Positions 1 through 10,209 of a stretch of DNA of 64,000 bases are shown in pieces; position 1 is the first letter of the stretch; each line of letters opens with the position of its first letter. The stretch lies in IMG/VR virus record IMGVR_UViG_3300028840_006907, positions 256,001 to 320,000 of that record. The stretch is one strand, 5' to 3'. A program made the translations under genes and the position numbers. Under the pieces are notes generated by a model. It was not told where the DNA came from, made no database searches, and saw only the letters and a program-made list of their open reading frames with translations. The stretch comes from a virus.

Positions 1-2
1 TA

Positions 3-656
3 AGATATTATGGAGGATTATTTTTCGAATCATCGAGTAGTATGTATTTATCTTCCGTATCATCATTTACTCCTCCTGCAAATTGTTCTGTCTCTTTTTG
101 GCTCTTTCATAGTAATGATGGTGGCACTCCTAGAATAGTTAGCCATAGTGATAATTGGGAAATATGGATAAATGCAAGTAATCAAATATCTAATGATATG
201 AATTGGGGTACTTCTTTGGTATCTAGTGCTACTATTAATACTAATACACGATATTATATAGTATGTACAAGAGCTTCTGACAATACTTTACAAATATATG
301 TAAATGGCCAATTTGATAATTCTAGTAGTGGTGGAACAGGTTCACCAGGATCGGCCACGTTTTATGTAGGTGTTAAACAAACATTATTACAATATTTTGA
401 TGGTTATATAGAAGATTTAAGAATTTATAATAGAGTCCTTTCAGCAAATGAAATAGCCACTATTTATGGCTGTAAAGGAACAGATTCCATTACTTATGGC
501 TTAATTCATAAATGGCCTATGCAAGAAAAGGCAATAGATGTGGTTGCTAGTGGAACCGGGTCTATAATAGATTTAGGTCCAAGTAGACTAGATTTGACTC
601 CTAATAATAATCCTACTTATTCTGGAACACAATTGAAATTTAAAAGGTTTGGATAA
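3..656 (+). CDS. fiber-like protein, C-terminal LamG-type jellyroll module (5' partial, gene starts upstream of window)
   Basis: Frame is open from nt 3 with no stop; track ORF 42-656 aligns with the C-terminal ~200 aa of three downstream paralogs (FTPP..CSVSFW, YxVCT, EDLRIYNR, basic C-terminus). Confidence 0.55.
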   Translation, partial: RYYGGLFFESSSSMYLSSVSSFTPPANCSVSFWLFHSNDGGTPRIVSHSDNWEIWINASNQISNDMNWGTSLVSSATINTNTRYYIVCTRASDNTLQIYVNGQFDNSSSGGTGSPGSATFYVGVKQTLLQYFDGYIEDLRIYNRVLSANEIATIYGCKGTDSITYGLIHKWPMQEKAIDVVASGTGSIIDLGPSRLDLTPNNNPTYSGTQLKFKRFG

Positions 657-2878
657 TGGGTAAACAAATTTTTAGTTCAGAGGGTTCCGATACTTTCACT
701 GTACCAAAAGGAGTGACTTCCATTACTGTCAAGGCATGGGGTGCAGGAGCTGGTGGTGGAGGGGGTGGAACGGCTAGTGTTGGTGGAGCCGGAGGTGGTG
801 GAGGTTATGTTCAGGGTGATATATCTGTAACACCTGAAGAAACCCTTAATATTCATGTAGGTGGAAATGGAGGTTTAGGAACTTTTACAGGTACCGCAGC
901 TTCTGGTGGTGGGGGAGGAGGTAAATCTTCAGTTTACAGAAGTACAACTCCTTTATTTGTAGCTGGCTCTGGAGGAGGCGGAGGTGGTGGTGATAATTCA
1001 TCAGGGACTCCGGCGGGAGCCGGAGGTGCTGGTGGAGGAAGTACTGGTGGGTCTGGTGGTTCTTCCGGAGGAGCTAGTGGCGGTAGTGGTGGCACTCAGT
1101 CAATTGGTGGAACACAGGGTTCTGGAGGTCAAAATGCAGGAGTTTTTGGAAAAGCTCGTGCAGAAACCACTTTAAATAATGCCTTAAATTTTGATGGTGA
1201 TCCTGAATATGTTACAATAGGAACAGATTCTGTTTTTAATTTTACTAATTCTTTTACCCTTGAATGTTGGATTAAACCCGATAATGTAACAGGATCTAAA
1301 AGGGTAATAAGTTCAAGATCATCTGATACCAATAATGGAGTTGGATTTGGTATTAACGGTAACAATCCTGCTTTTACAACATATGGTAAACAAGATTTTA
1401 CTTCTACTGGAACCGTTTCAGCAGGAGTTTGGGCTCATATAGCAGTAGTCTTTACTTCAGGTAATAATGCAAGATTTTATATAAATGGAGAGTTTATAAA
1501 TCAGGTAGACGGTACCCAAGCAGCTACAACTTCTGGTATATATATGGTTCTTGGTATGCTTGGTTTTTATGATGATGAACAATATTGGGTAGGTGAACTT
1601 GATGAAATAAGAATGTGGAATGATGAGCGTACTGATAAAGAGATATCTGATTATTATGCTCAAACTCTTACAGGTAGTGAAGCAAACTTAGTCGCTTACT
1701 ATAAATGTAATGAATCATCAGGTACAAATCTTCCCGACGAAACCACAAATAGTAATGATGGCACACTCCAAAATATGGAAGATGCTGATTGGGTTACATC
1801 AAGTTGGTCTCCATTGACAGACGCTGCTGATGCTGGGGCTGGTGGTGACGGTGGAATGGGTACTGGCACTGGGGGTGGTGGCTCTGGTGGCACAACATAT
1901 GGCGGTGATGGTGGAATTGGTGATAGTGGTGGCACCCCTGGATTTTCTGGCGGTGGCGGAGGCGGTGCAGGCTATGGTGGAGGTGGCGGGGGATCATGTT
2001 CGGTTTCTGGCGGAGACGCTGGTGGTGGTGGGGGCGCTGGCTCTAGCTATATTATAGGTACCGCTACGTCAACTACCAATACGCAAGCATCAGGCCAGAA
2101 TCCACCTAATACGGGCGACCCAGACTATACTGGTTCTGTAGGAGTTGGAGGAAATGGGGGTAGTACAAGTACAAATGGGAATAATGGTAATGATGGTTTA
2201 ATAGTTATCAGTTGGGTTGACCCTCCAGCATATATAGGTATGAAATTTGAATCAGATAGTTCACAATTTTTGTCTTCTGTAGCAAATTTTACCGCTCCTT
2301 CTAGTACAACTGTTACATTTTGGTTATCTTCTACTAATCTCACAGGATTAAAAAGAATTATTGGTTGGTCCGATTTTTGGGAAATAAAGACGATTGATAA
2401 TGATATATCTAATGATTTAAATGGAGAGTTAACCACTTATTCTACAACTCCATTAGATCTTAATACTCTTTATCATGTTGCTTGTACATATAATTCCTCT
2501 GATGATGCTGCGAAAGTATATATAGATGGGTCTCTTGATGGTACGGGTTCAAATACTGAAACTCCTTCTGGAACAACACTACAAATAGGTTTTAGACCTG
2601 GTGCACCTGACGGTTATTTTGACGGTTATTTAGGTGATATAAGAATTTATGATAGGGTTTTATCTGATTTTGAAATAGCCACAATTCATGCATGTCGAGG
2701 AACTGATGGAATAGTCCATGGTTTACGTAATAGGTATTTATTAAATGAAAGAGCAATGAATGTTGCTGCTGATGGGACAGGTTCGGTTAAAGATATGGCT
2801 CAGGATCAATTAAACATGACTCCAAATAATAGTCCTGTTTATGAAGGAACAACATTAAAATATAGAAGGATGGGTTGA
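656..2878 (+). CDS. Gly-rich repeat protein with two LamG-type jellyroll segments (fiber/adhesin-like)
   Basis: 740 aa; ATG overlaps upstream stop (TAATG); long poly-Gly tracts; LamG-like motifs LDEIRMWN and GDIRIYDR; C-terminal module shared with neighbours. Confidence 0.7.
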   Translation: MGKQIFSSEGSDTFTVPKGVTSITVKAWGAGAGGGGGGTASVGGAGGGGGYVQGDISVTPEETLNIHVGGNGGLGTFTGTAASGGGGGGKSSVYRSTTPLFVAGSGGGGGGGDNSSGTPAGAGGAGGGSTGGSGGSSGGASGGSGGTQSIGGTQGSGGQNAGVFGKARAETTLNNALNFDGDPEYVTIGTDSVFNFTNSFTLECWIKPDNVTGSKRVISSRSSDTNNGVGFGINGNNPAFTTYGKQDFTSTGTVSAGVWAHIAVVFTSGNNARFYINGEFINQVDGTQAATTSGIYMVLGMLGFYDDEQYWVGELDEIRMWNDERTDKEISDYYAQTLTGSEANLVAYYKCNESSGTNLPDETTNSNDGTLQNMEDADWVTSSWSPLTDAADAGAGGDGGMGTGTGGGGSGGTTYGGDGGIGDSGGTPGFSGGGGGGAGYGGGGGGSCSVSGGDAGGGGGAGSSYIIGTATSTTNTQASGQNPPNTGDPDYTGSVGVGGNGGSTSTNGNNGNDGLIVISWVDPPAYIGMKFESDSSQFLSSVANFTAPSSTTVTFWLSSTNLTGLKRIIGWSDFWEIKTIDNDISNDLNGELTTYSTTPLDLNTLYHVACTYNSSDDAAKVYIDGSLDGTGSNTETPSGTTLQIGFRPGAPDGYFDGYLGDIRIYDRVLSDFEIATIHACRGTDGIVHGLRNRYLLNERAMNVAADGTGSVKDMAQDQLNMTPNNSPVYEGTTLKYRRMG

Positions 2879-2881
2879 TAA

Positions 2882-5173
2882 ATGGGACAGCAATCTTTCA
2901 GTACAGCCGGTTTAACTTCATTTCAAGTTCCTGTTGATATTACATCTATAACGGTAAAGTGTTGGGCTGGTGGAGCTGGTGGAGGAGCCGGGGGGACTTC
3001 TGGTGTTGGAGGAGTGGGTGGCGGTGGTGGCTATGTTCAGGGAGATATAACCGTCACTCCTTCGGAAATACTTAGTATTCATCTTGGGGGTGCTGGGAAT
3101 TCAGGAAGTTTTGGAGGAACTTCTGGTTCTGGAGGTGGTGGTGCTGGTCTATCTAGTGTCTCGCGTGGCTCAACACCTTTATTTGTAGCCGGAGCAGGTG
3201 GGGGAGGCGGTGGTGGAGACAATAGTAATCCGGCTGCTGGTGGAGCTGGTGGGGCAGGAGGTTCCTCTACCGGAGGAACTGGAGGCAGTTCTCTAAATGC
3301 CAATGGAGGAACTGGTGGAAGTCAAGTATCTGGTGGTACTGGTGGTACTGGTGGTATAGTTTCAGGTGCTGCTGGAGGTGCCCCTATTTCTGCAGCAGCT
3401 AATTTTGGTAATTGCCTTGACTTTGATGGAACAGATGAATGGGTCTCTTCAGCTAATTCTTATTCTAATCCTCAGACTTTTACAACTGAGTTATGGTTTA
3501 AAACTACCACTACTTCAGGAGGATTATTAATTGGTTTCGGAAACAGTCAAACAGGAACTTCTACCAGTTATGACAGAAGGATCTGGTTAAGTAATTCCGG
3601 AAATGTCTATTGTGGAGTTTATGCTGGATTAATTTTAGGAGTTCAGACGGTAAATTCTTCTGGTACATATAATGATGGAGAATGGCATCATGTTGCAATG
3701 GTCCATGACTCTGGAGGGTTTGAATTATTTGTTGATGGTATATCACAAGGAACAAATGCAAATCCTTCACAAGATACTTTTACAGGTTACTGGCGACTCG
3801 CAGGAACTACGGTTTGGTCGGGATGGTCTCCTGCTCCTACTAATAATTATTATGTAGGTCAAATTGATGAAGTCAGATTTTGGCAAGAAGCTCGAACAAC
3901 TTGTCAATTAATAAATAATGCAAATAAATATTTAGCTGGAACTGAGACTAATTTAGCTTTTTATTGGAAATTAAATGAATCTTCCGGTTCTACCGCAAAT
4001 GATGAAACTACCAATAATAATGATGGCACACTCCAAAATATGGAAGATGCAGACTGGGTTACTTCTAGTTGGAGTGGTAAGTGGATAGGTATTGGTACTG
4101 GAGGTGATGGTGGAGACGGTAATGATGGAGGGACTACTAGAGGATCAGAGGCTAATGGAGGTATCACTTGTGCTGGATCAGGTGGTACAGCCGATGTCGG
4201 TGCTGCTGGTTATGGTGGCGGTGGTGGCGGTGGCGCTGGTTACGGTGGAGGTGGAGGAGGCTCGGCTTCTCAAGCTTCAAATGCTGGTGGAGGTGGTGGA
4301 GGAGGTGGCTCCAGTTATATAATTGGTTCTGCTACGTCAACTACCAATACGCAAGCTTCGGGACAGAATCCTCCCAACACAAGCGACCCGGACTATACTG
4401 GTTCTGCAGGAGTTGGTGGAAATGGGGGTGCTACAAGTACTGCAGGATCAAATGGTAATAATGGTTTGATTGTTATTAGTTGGACAGAACCTCCGACATA
4501 TGTTGGGATAACATTTGTAGCGAGTAGTTCTCAAAGATTGGCATCAGTAGCAAATTTTACTCCTCCTCAAAATTGCTCCGTATCATGGTGGTTAAAACTA
4601 TCTTCGTTGAATCAGTTTGGGAGGACAGCAAGTCTAAGTGTTAATTGGGAAATAGGTCTATCTGATAATGCAGGTACTCCTACTGCTAATGGTATTATTA
4701 ATGCTATGAATAGTGGTGCTCTTTTGTATTCTTCAACAAGTCTTCAAGCTGATCTTCGTTATCATGTTGTATGTACAGCAACTTCTAGTGCCCGTCAAAT
4801 ATTTTTAAATGGTGTTCTTGATAATAGTGCTGCTTCTGGAGGGACTGCTCCTGCAGCAGGGACTCTTTATGTTGGATGTCAATATGGTGGAACTCTATAT
4901 TTTCTTGATGGGGCTATAGAGGATTTAAGGGTATATAATCGGATAATTACTGCAGAAGAAGTGGCTACAATTTATGCTTGTGAAGGAAGAGACGGTATAA
5001 CATATGGCTTAATACATCGATGGCCTATGAATGAAGGTGCAGCAGGTGTTGTAGCGAGTGGTACTGGTTCTGTAAAAGATGAGGCTACAAATCAATTGAA
5101 TTTAACTGCAACTAATAGTCCAGTTTATTCTGGATCACAATTGAATTATAGACGAAAATATAGGACTCATTAA
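2882..5173 (+). CDS. Gly-rich repeat protein with two LamG-type jellyroll segments (paralog of 656-2878)
   Basis: 763 aa; same architecture; shares identical peptide NDGTLQNMEDADWVTSSWS and near-identical DNA patches with 656-2878. Confidence 0.7.
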   Translation: MGQQSFSTAGLTSFQVPVDITSITVKCWAGGAGGGAGGTSGVGGVGGGGGYVQGDITVTPSEILSIHLGGAGNSGSFGGTSGSGGGGAGLSSVSRGSTPLFVAGAGGGGGGGDNSNPAAGGAGGAGGSSTGGTGGSSLNANGGTGGSQVSGGTGGTGGIVSGAAGGAPISAAANFGNCLDFDGTDEWVSSANSYSNPQTFTTELWFKTTTTSGGLLIGFGNSQTGTSTSYDRRIWLSNSGNVYCGVYAGLILGVQTVNSSGTYNDGEWHHVAMVHDSGGFELFVDGISQGTNANPSQDTFTGYWRLAGTTVWSGWSPAPTNNYYVGQIDEVRFWQEARTTCQLINNANKYLAGTETNLAFYWKLNESSGSTANDETTNNNDGTLQNMEDADWVTSSWSGKWIGIGTGGDGGDGNDGGTTRGSEANGGITCAGSGGTADVGAAGYGGGGGGGAGYGGGGGGSASQASNAGGGGGGGGSSYIIGSATSTTNTQASGQNPPNTSDPDYTGSAGVGGNGGATSTAGSNGNNGLIVISWTEPPTYVGITFVASSSQRLASVANFTPPQNCSVSWWLKLSSLNQFGRTASLSVNWEIGLSDNAGTPTANGIINAMNSGALLYSSTSLQADLRYHVVCTATSSARQIFLNGVLDNSAASGGTAPAAGTLYVGCQYGGTLYFLDGAIEDLRVYNRIITAEEVATIYACEGRDGITYGLIHRWPMNEGAAGVVASGTGSVKDEATNQLNLTATNSPVYSGSQLNYRRKYRTH

Positions 5174-5220
5174 TTATAAAATTTACATATAAGATCTATA
5201 TAACATATAAGGAGGTTCAA

Positions 5221-5736
5221 ATGTATAAAACAGCATTAGTATGTGGAGTCTGGGACAAATTGCATGAAGGGCATAAAAATATAATTAAATATTCTATAGA
5301 AAATTCTGAATTACTGAAAATTTTTGTATTAGAAATTAATATACATGATAGACATGAAGAGCCTTTTATACCTTATGAAGAAAGAAAAAAAACAGTCGAA
5401 AATTATGTCCTTTCTTTAGGGGCAAGAGATAAGGTACAAATAATAGGAAAAAAAGATGCTACGGAAGTTATGGTATTGGATGAATTGAGAACTGTAGATT
5501 GCGCCTTTGCTTGTGCTAAAGATAAAAATCAGCAAATTTTAGAAATGATAAAAATAACTCAAGATAGAGTTGCTAAATTAGAAGGCCCTGATGGACGTAA
5601 GCCATTTGTTATGGAATGGGTAGATCCTGTGAAAAATGATGAAGGAAAAATAATCTCTTCAAGTAAATACAGGAAAAAAAGCCGTTTAGAAAAAGAAAAG
5701 AGAGTAAATTCTTCAGGTGGATATGGTCGATTTTAA
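5221..5736 (+). CDS. HIGH-motif nucleotidyltransferase (cytidylyltransferase-like)
   Basis: AGGAGG RBS upstream; N-terminal GVWDKLHEGH matches the GxFDxxHxGH signature of glycerol-3-P cytidylyltransferase-type enzymes. Confidence 0.5.
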   Translation: MYKTALVCGVWDKLHEGHKNIIKYSIENSELLKIFVLEINIHDRHEEPFIPYEERKKTVENYVLSLGARDKVQIIGKKDATEVMVLDELRTVDCAFACAKDKNQQILEMIKITQDRVAKLEGPDGRKPFVMEWVDPVKNDEGKIISSSKYRKKSRLEKEKRVNSSGGYGRF

Positions 5737-6959
5737 TGGCACAATATAAAGTTCGTACATCTAATGCTAACCAAGGCCAGTATATGAAAAATGCTGGCTC
5801 TCGAACTACTACTGGTCCATTACAATTTGGGAGATCTGGTAAAGGAACAGCAAATGATGTTCGAATAGCTTTAAGATGGCAACCAAATATAGATATGACT
5901 GGTAAATATATGATAGTTACTTCTGCCTATATTCGTGTTACAAGAGAGACTGAAGATACTGGCGCATTTACAGCTACAGTTAGAGTGCATAATGGTTCTG
6001 CTCCTGATTTATCTACAACTGATTTAGCTTGGGGTTATTCTGATATAGGTTATTCTCAATCATGGTCGATAGCAGATTCATGGAGTGCTGATACTGAATT
6101 TACTTCACCTGATATGAAAAGCGCAGTACAAGCTTGGTTTAATAGGAGTGCTCATTCAAGTACGGATTGGATTGGTTTCATTATTGATGATGGTGATTCT
6201 GCTGATGATGAATATAAAGGAGTCTATGATGCTGATCATTCTACTTCAAGTTATCGTCCTGAATTAGAAATAAATTATAAAATATATTCAGGAGGAGATA
6301 ATGGTGGATTATCTTTTACAGCATCGAGTTCTCAGTATTTGGAATCAGTTAGTAATATTACACCTCCTGCAACATCTTCAGTATCTTTTTGGATTTATTT
6401 AACTGAATTGAATCAATTTGGTCGAACTATTAGTCGATTTGCTTATGAAATTGGTCTATCAGATAATGCCGGATCTCCTCCTAATGGGATAGTTAATGCT
6501 ATGACTAGTGGAACTATACTTGTATCAAGTTCTCTTACAGTGAATACCCTTTATCATTGTGTTTGTACGGCCTCATCTACTGCTCGACAGATATATCTTA
6601 ATGGAGTATTGAATACTTCAGGAGGTGGTGGTACGGTATCAACAGCAGGGACTATGTGGATCGGGTCACAAGATGGTGTTGATTTTTTCCTATCTGGTCA
6701 TTTAGAAGATATACGAATTTATAATCGTATCCTTACATTAGCTGAAGTTCAAACTATTTATGCTTGCCAAGGCTCAGATAGTATTACTTATGGATTAATT
6801 CATAGATGGCTTATGAATGAGGGTCCGATAAGTTCGGTAGCAAGTGGTACTGGACTAGTAAAAGATTATGGGATAAATCAAGTAAATATGACTCCATTTA
6901 ATAGTCCAGTTTTTTTAGGAACTCAAATGAAAAATAGGAATAAGTATAGGACCCATTAG
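5736..6959 (+). CDS. fiber-like protein, unique N-terminal domain plus shared C-terminal LamG-type module
   Basis: 407 aa; ATG overlaps upstream stop; C-terminal ~200 aa paralogous to 3-656 and to C-termini of 656-2878 and 2882-5173 (EDIRIYNR, ...KYRTH end). Confidence 0.65.
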   Translation: MAQYKVRTSNANQGQYMKNAGSRTTTGPLQFGRSGKGTANDVRIALRWQPNIDMTGKYMIVTSAYIRVTRETEDTGAFTATVRVHNGSAPDLSTTDLAWGYSDIGYSQSWSIADSWSADTEFTSPDMKSAVQAWFNRSAHSSTDWIGFIIDDGDSADDEYKGVYDADHSTSSYRPELEINYKIYSGGDNGGLSFTASSSQYLESVSNITPPATSSVSFWIYLTELNQFGRTISRFAYEIGLSDNAGSPPNGIVNAMTSGTILVSSSLTVNTLYHCVCTASSTARQIYLNGVLNTSGGGGTVSTAGTMWIGSQDGVDFFLSGHLEDIRIYNRILTLAEVQTIYACQGSDSITYGLIHRWLMNEGPISSVASGTGLVKDYGINQVNMTPFNSPVFLGTQMKNRNKYRTH

Positions 6960-7048
6960 GTTGTAATAATGTATAAATATTTCATTAATAATATTACAGG
7001 AATATGTCGATTTTAAAAAGATTTGGATAAAAATAAGGAGATTTTAAA

Positions 7049-8779
7049 ATGGCAGATGTATTAAATAGAACAACGAAAGAACAGAGGTTCAGTGTTCATA
7101 CTCCCGATTATTCAGTAGTAGACTGGATAATAAATCCAGATCTATCCGGAGTGATTGGAGTCCCAGTAAAATATTGGAAAATAGATGGTGATGTTGTTTC
7201 AGAGATGAATCAATCTGAAAAAGATGCGGTTGATAGTGCTCTATTGCCTGGTATAAAAACAGCTAAAAAAGCTTCTTTAAGAACAGAGGGTGACCAATTA
7301 ATAGAAAATCAAGGCTATTCAGCAGGTAAACAAAGATCATTAATTTCTCAGCATTCTAAAAGTACTAAAATGAAACCCAAAAGAGAAAAGTATGTTAGAG
7401 ATTTTATGGATTGGATTGAGCAAGTAGATGAAGAAGTCGTATTAAAACAAGATTTGGTAGATGATCAGACTTCAGAAGCAGGAGTAAATTCTGTTATTTT
7501 AGATTCTGCAGGTCTTATTGCTGCTGATCCTGGTGTTACCATTTCAGGTACTCTTGATACTACAGATAGTTCTAGCTTAGATAATTATCTTGATACAAAT
7601 GCTGAAGTGACTGATCCATTAACCGGTATTGTAGGTCCGTGGGATCAAATGCAGATATTAAATCATCGACGTGAAATATATAATGACTCATCAAATCCAA
7701 TTTATTGGCCTGATAATACTGCCATTTTAGGTTCGGGAGGTTATTTAGAAGATCATGCCAATCGGATTAATAATCTTGAAGTGATTCATGGAAAGTTAGG
7801 TTGGCATAATCAATTAATAACTCAAGCGACTTATACTCGACCTAAAGATCTGCTCATTTATTATGGGTGGTTAAACTCTTATAATTCAGGAATTCTTTCT
7901 TGGAACAATGAGAGCGTGGCTCAGCATATGGCGAGATATAGTCTTCTTGTTTTTGGAGACGGTATTCAGGATCCTGGCCATGGAGATTATGCCAATACTC
8001 AAGTTATTGTTCCACGTGTAAAGGCTTTAAGTTGTTATTCTGAAATTTATGGCTATGTAACTGTTGATCAAACTTTTAGTGATTTTACTTCAAAAGTTGA
8101 TCAATGGGATACCTTACAAGTAGATGGAATATTTTTAGATGAAGCGGGTTATGATCATGGTCGGACTCGGGATGAATTTAATCAGAGAGTAGATTATGTC
8201 CATGGCAAAACTTATGCTAATAAATGTTTTGCTAATGCTTGGAATACAGATCATATTTTAGGAATAACCAATGATCCTAGTTATCCTGATTCTACATATA
8301 ATGACTCTTGTGCTGAATCTAATTTAACTTTAAACGATTGGATTCTTCTTGAAAGTTTTCCTGTCAATACTACAGCATATGCAGCAAATGATGGGTATGA
8401 ATCTATCAGTGATTGGGCCACAAGAGGAGTAAAAGCGAAAGATTTAAGAGCTACATATGGTGTAAATTTTGCCAGTGTTAGTATGATTTCCAATGACCAT
8501 ACAGATAATACTGCTTTATCTAACTTTGCCTTTACTTCTTCGATGATGTTTTCATTAGAAGGTCATGGAACCTCAGATACCAATTATGCTGCTAGTTCTG
8601 CTAGGGTTAATTATTTTCCTCGTCCAGATATCACACAAATGGGAGTTGTTTATAGCTTAAATTGTTCTGTCCAAATTGATGCGAATGATTCGTCAGTCTA
8701 TCATAGATATACACCGAATGCTAAAATGTCGTTAGATTTTTCTGATGGTGCTCATACAAGTACTATAGCAAAATTTTAA
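7049..8779 (+). CDS. putative TIM-barrel glycoside hydrolase (GH114/spherulin-4-like), long form
   Basis: 576 aa; C-terminal ~300 aa paralogous to 9276-10208 (LLIYYGWLN, LVFGDGIQDP, VDGIFLDEAGYD); family assignment is by motif resemblance only. Confidence 0.5.
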   Translation: MADVLNRTTKEQRFSVHTPDYSVVDWIINPDLSGVIGVPVKYWKIDGDVVSEMNQSEKDAVDSALLPGIKTAKKASLRTEGDQLIENQGYSAGKQRSLISQHSKSTKMKPKREKYVRDFMDWIEQVDEEVVLKQDLVDDQTSEAGVNSVILDSAGLIAADPGVTISGTLDTTDSSSLDNYLDTNAEVTDPLTGIVGPWDQMQILNHRREIYNDSSNPIYWPDNTAILGSGGYLEDHANRINNLEVIHGKLGWHNQLITQATYTRPKDLLIYYGWLNSYNSGILSWNNESVAQHMARYSLLVFGDGIQDPGHGDYANTQVIVPRVKALSCYSEIYGYVTVDQTFSDFTSKVDQWDTLQVDGIFLDEAGYDHGRTRDEFNQRVDYVHGKTYANKCFANAWNTDHILGITNDPSYPDSTYNDSCAESNLTLNDWILLESFPVNTTAYAANDGYESISDWATRGVKAKDLRATYGVNFASVSMISNDHTDNTALSNFAFTSSMMFSLEGHGTSDTNYAASSARVNYFPRPDITQMGVVYSLNCSVQIDANDSSVYHRYTPNAKMSLDFSDGAHTSTIAKF

Positions 8780-8788
8780 GAGGATTTT

Positions 8789-9262
8789 ATGGATGTTTTA
8801 TTTGATGTTTATGATTCTGTTGGGGGTGTAGATGTTGATAGTGCTGTAACAGTATTATTTGATACTTCGAGATATATATGTAATAATGTGTCTTTATTAT
8901 CAGGAGAAATTAATATCTTACCTAATTCTCATAGTATAATTCCTCCAGACAATGATATCTTATTACTTATGGCAAAAGTTACAATAGATGCTGTTAGTGG
9001 GAATAATCAAACTCAAGCAAAGATATGGCTCGAAGTTGACACAGGTTCAGGTTATGTAGTGGTACCTGGAACTGATAGTTATTCTTATAGTATTTCAAAT
9101 AGTGTGGGTCATGGTACTGCTATTATAAATACCACATATCAAATTAGTAAATTAAATAAGATTATTTGTAAATTTAGAGTTAGAGCAGAAAAATCAGTGG
9201 GGAATAATTCTTTAAGTACACTAGCTCAAGCTAGTAATTTCATAGGTTTAATTAACGAATGA
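8789..9262 (+). CDS. hypothetical protein
   Basis: 157-aa ORF with RBS-like AAGAGGA upstream, located between the two glycosidase-like paralogs. Confidence 0.55.
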   Translation: MDVLFDVYDSVGGVDVDSAVTVLFDTSRYICNNVSLLSGEINILPNSHSIIPPDNDILLLMAKVTIDAVSGNNQTQAKIWLEVDTGSGYVVVPGTDSYSYSISNSVGHGTAIINTTYQISKLNKIICKFRVRAEKSVGNNSLSTLAQASNFIGLINE

Positions 9263-9275
9263 GGGAGGATTATTT

Positions 9276-10208
9276 ATGAGACCAAAGAACCTGTTAATTT
9301 ATTATGGGTGGCTTAACGCTTATAATAGCGCAGAAAATCAATGGCAAAATGAGAACGTGGCGATTGACCTTTGTAAATATAATGTACTCGTTTTTGGAGA
9401 TGGGATTCAGGATCCAAGTCACGGGGATTTTGCAAATACTCAAGCAATACTCGCTCGAATCAGGGAATTAAACCCAGCTTCATTGATTTTCGGTTATGTG
9501 ACTGTAAACCAATCTATAACAGATTTTACTACAAAAGTAGTATTATGGAATGATCTTGAAGTTGACGGCATCTTTATGGATGAAGCAGGCTATGATTATG
9601 GGAAAAATCGTGCTGAGTTAAATAGTCGTATTGATGTTGTCCATAGTCAAGAGACAGCAAATACATGCTTTTTAAATGCTTGGAATATTGATCATATTCT
9701 TGGTATAGAAGAAGATTCAAATTTTCCTAATGCCACTTTTAATCCAGGTTTAGTAGATTCTAATGCTTATGAAGATGATTGGTATTTATTAGAAAGTTTT
9801 GCCGTTAATACTTCAGCTTATGGTACAAATGATGGGTATGCTAATGGAAGTGAATGGGTTGTTCGTGGAAATAAAGCTATAGAAAAACGAAAAGAATATG
9901 GTATAAAGTTAGCCTCAACTGGAATTATTAATGATGATAATCCTGAAGGTCAGAGTTTATTTGATTTTTGTTATAGGTCTGCATTGGCTTTTAGTTTAAA
10001 TGCCAATGGTACTTCGGATGCTTTTTATGGAGCTAGTTCTGCAGCTACTAAATATTGGGATCGTCCTAAACCTTATCATTTCACCAAAGAGGAAGAATTT
10101 TCTGTAGTGGAAGATCAGAAGACAGCTAATGCTTATATTAGATTTTTTCCATTCATGAAAGTAACTCTTAATTTCGGAACCAATAGTTCATCTATATTAA
10201 GATGGTAA
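9276..10208 (+). CDS. putative TIM-barrel glycoside hydrolase (GH114/spherulin-4-like), short form
   Basis: 310 aa; GGGAGG RBS; paralog of 7049-8779 C-terminal region. Confidence 0.5.
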   Translation: MRPKNLLIYYGWLNAYNSAENQWQNENVAIDLCKYNVLVFGDGIQDPSHGDFANTQAILARIRELNPASLIFGYVTVNQSITDFTTKVVLWNDLEVDGIFMDEAGYDYGKNRAELNSRIDVVHSQETANTCFLNAWNIDHILGIEEDSNFPNATFNPGLVDSNAYEDDWYLLESFAVNTSAYGTNDGYANGSEWVVRGNKAIEKRKEYGIKLASTGIINDDNPEGQSLFDFCYRSALAFSLNANGTSDAFYGASSAATKYWDRPKPYHFTKEEEFSVVEDQKTANAYIRFFPFMKVTLNFGTNSSSILRW

Positions 10209-10209
10209 G

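Noticed and set aside
984-4458. Alternative-frame and antisense ORFs inside the Gly-rich genes (984-1175, 1129-1365, 1457-1663, 1699-1935, 1794-1997, 1830-2057, 2125-2436, 3079-3303, 3561-3770, 3672-3857, 3961-4167, 4092-4322, 4168-4458)
   Set aside because: All lie within long, well-supported + strand genes; GGN-rich repeats keep other frames open by chance and the translations are low-complexity (poly-Pro, His/Trp/Arg).
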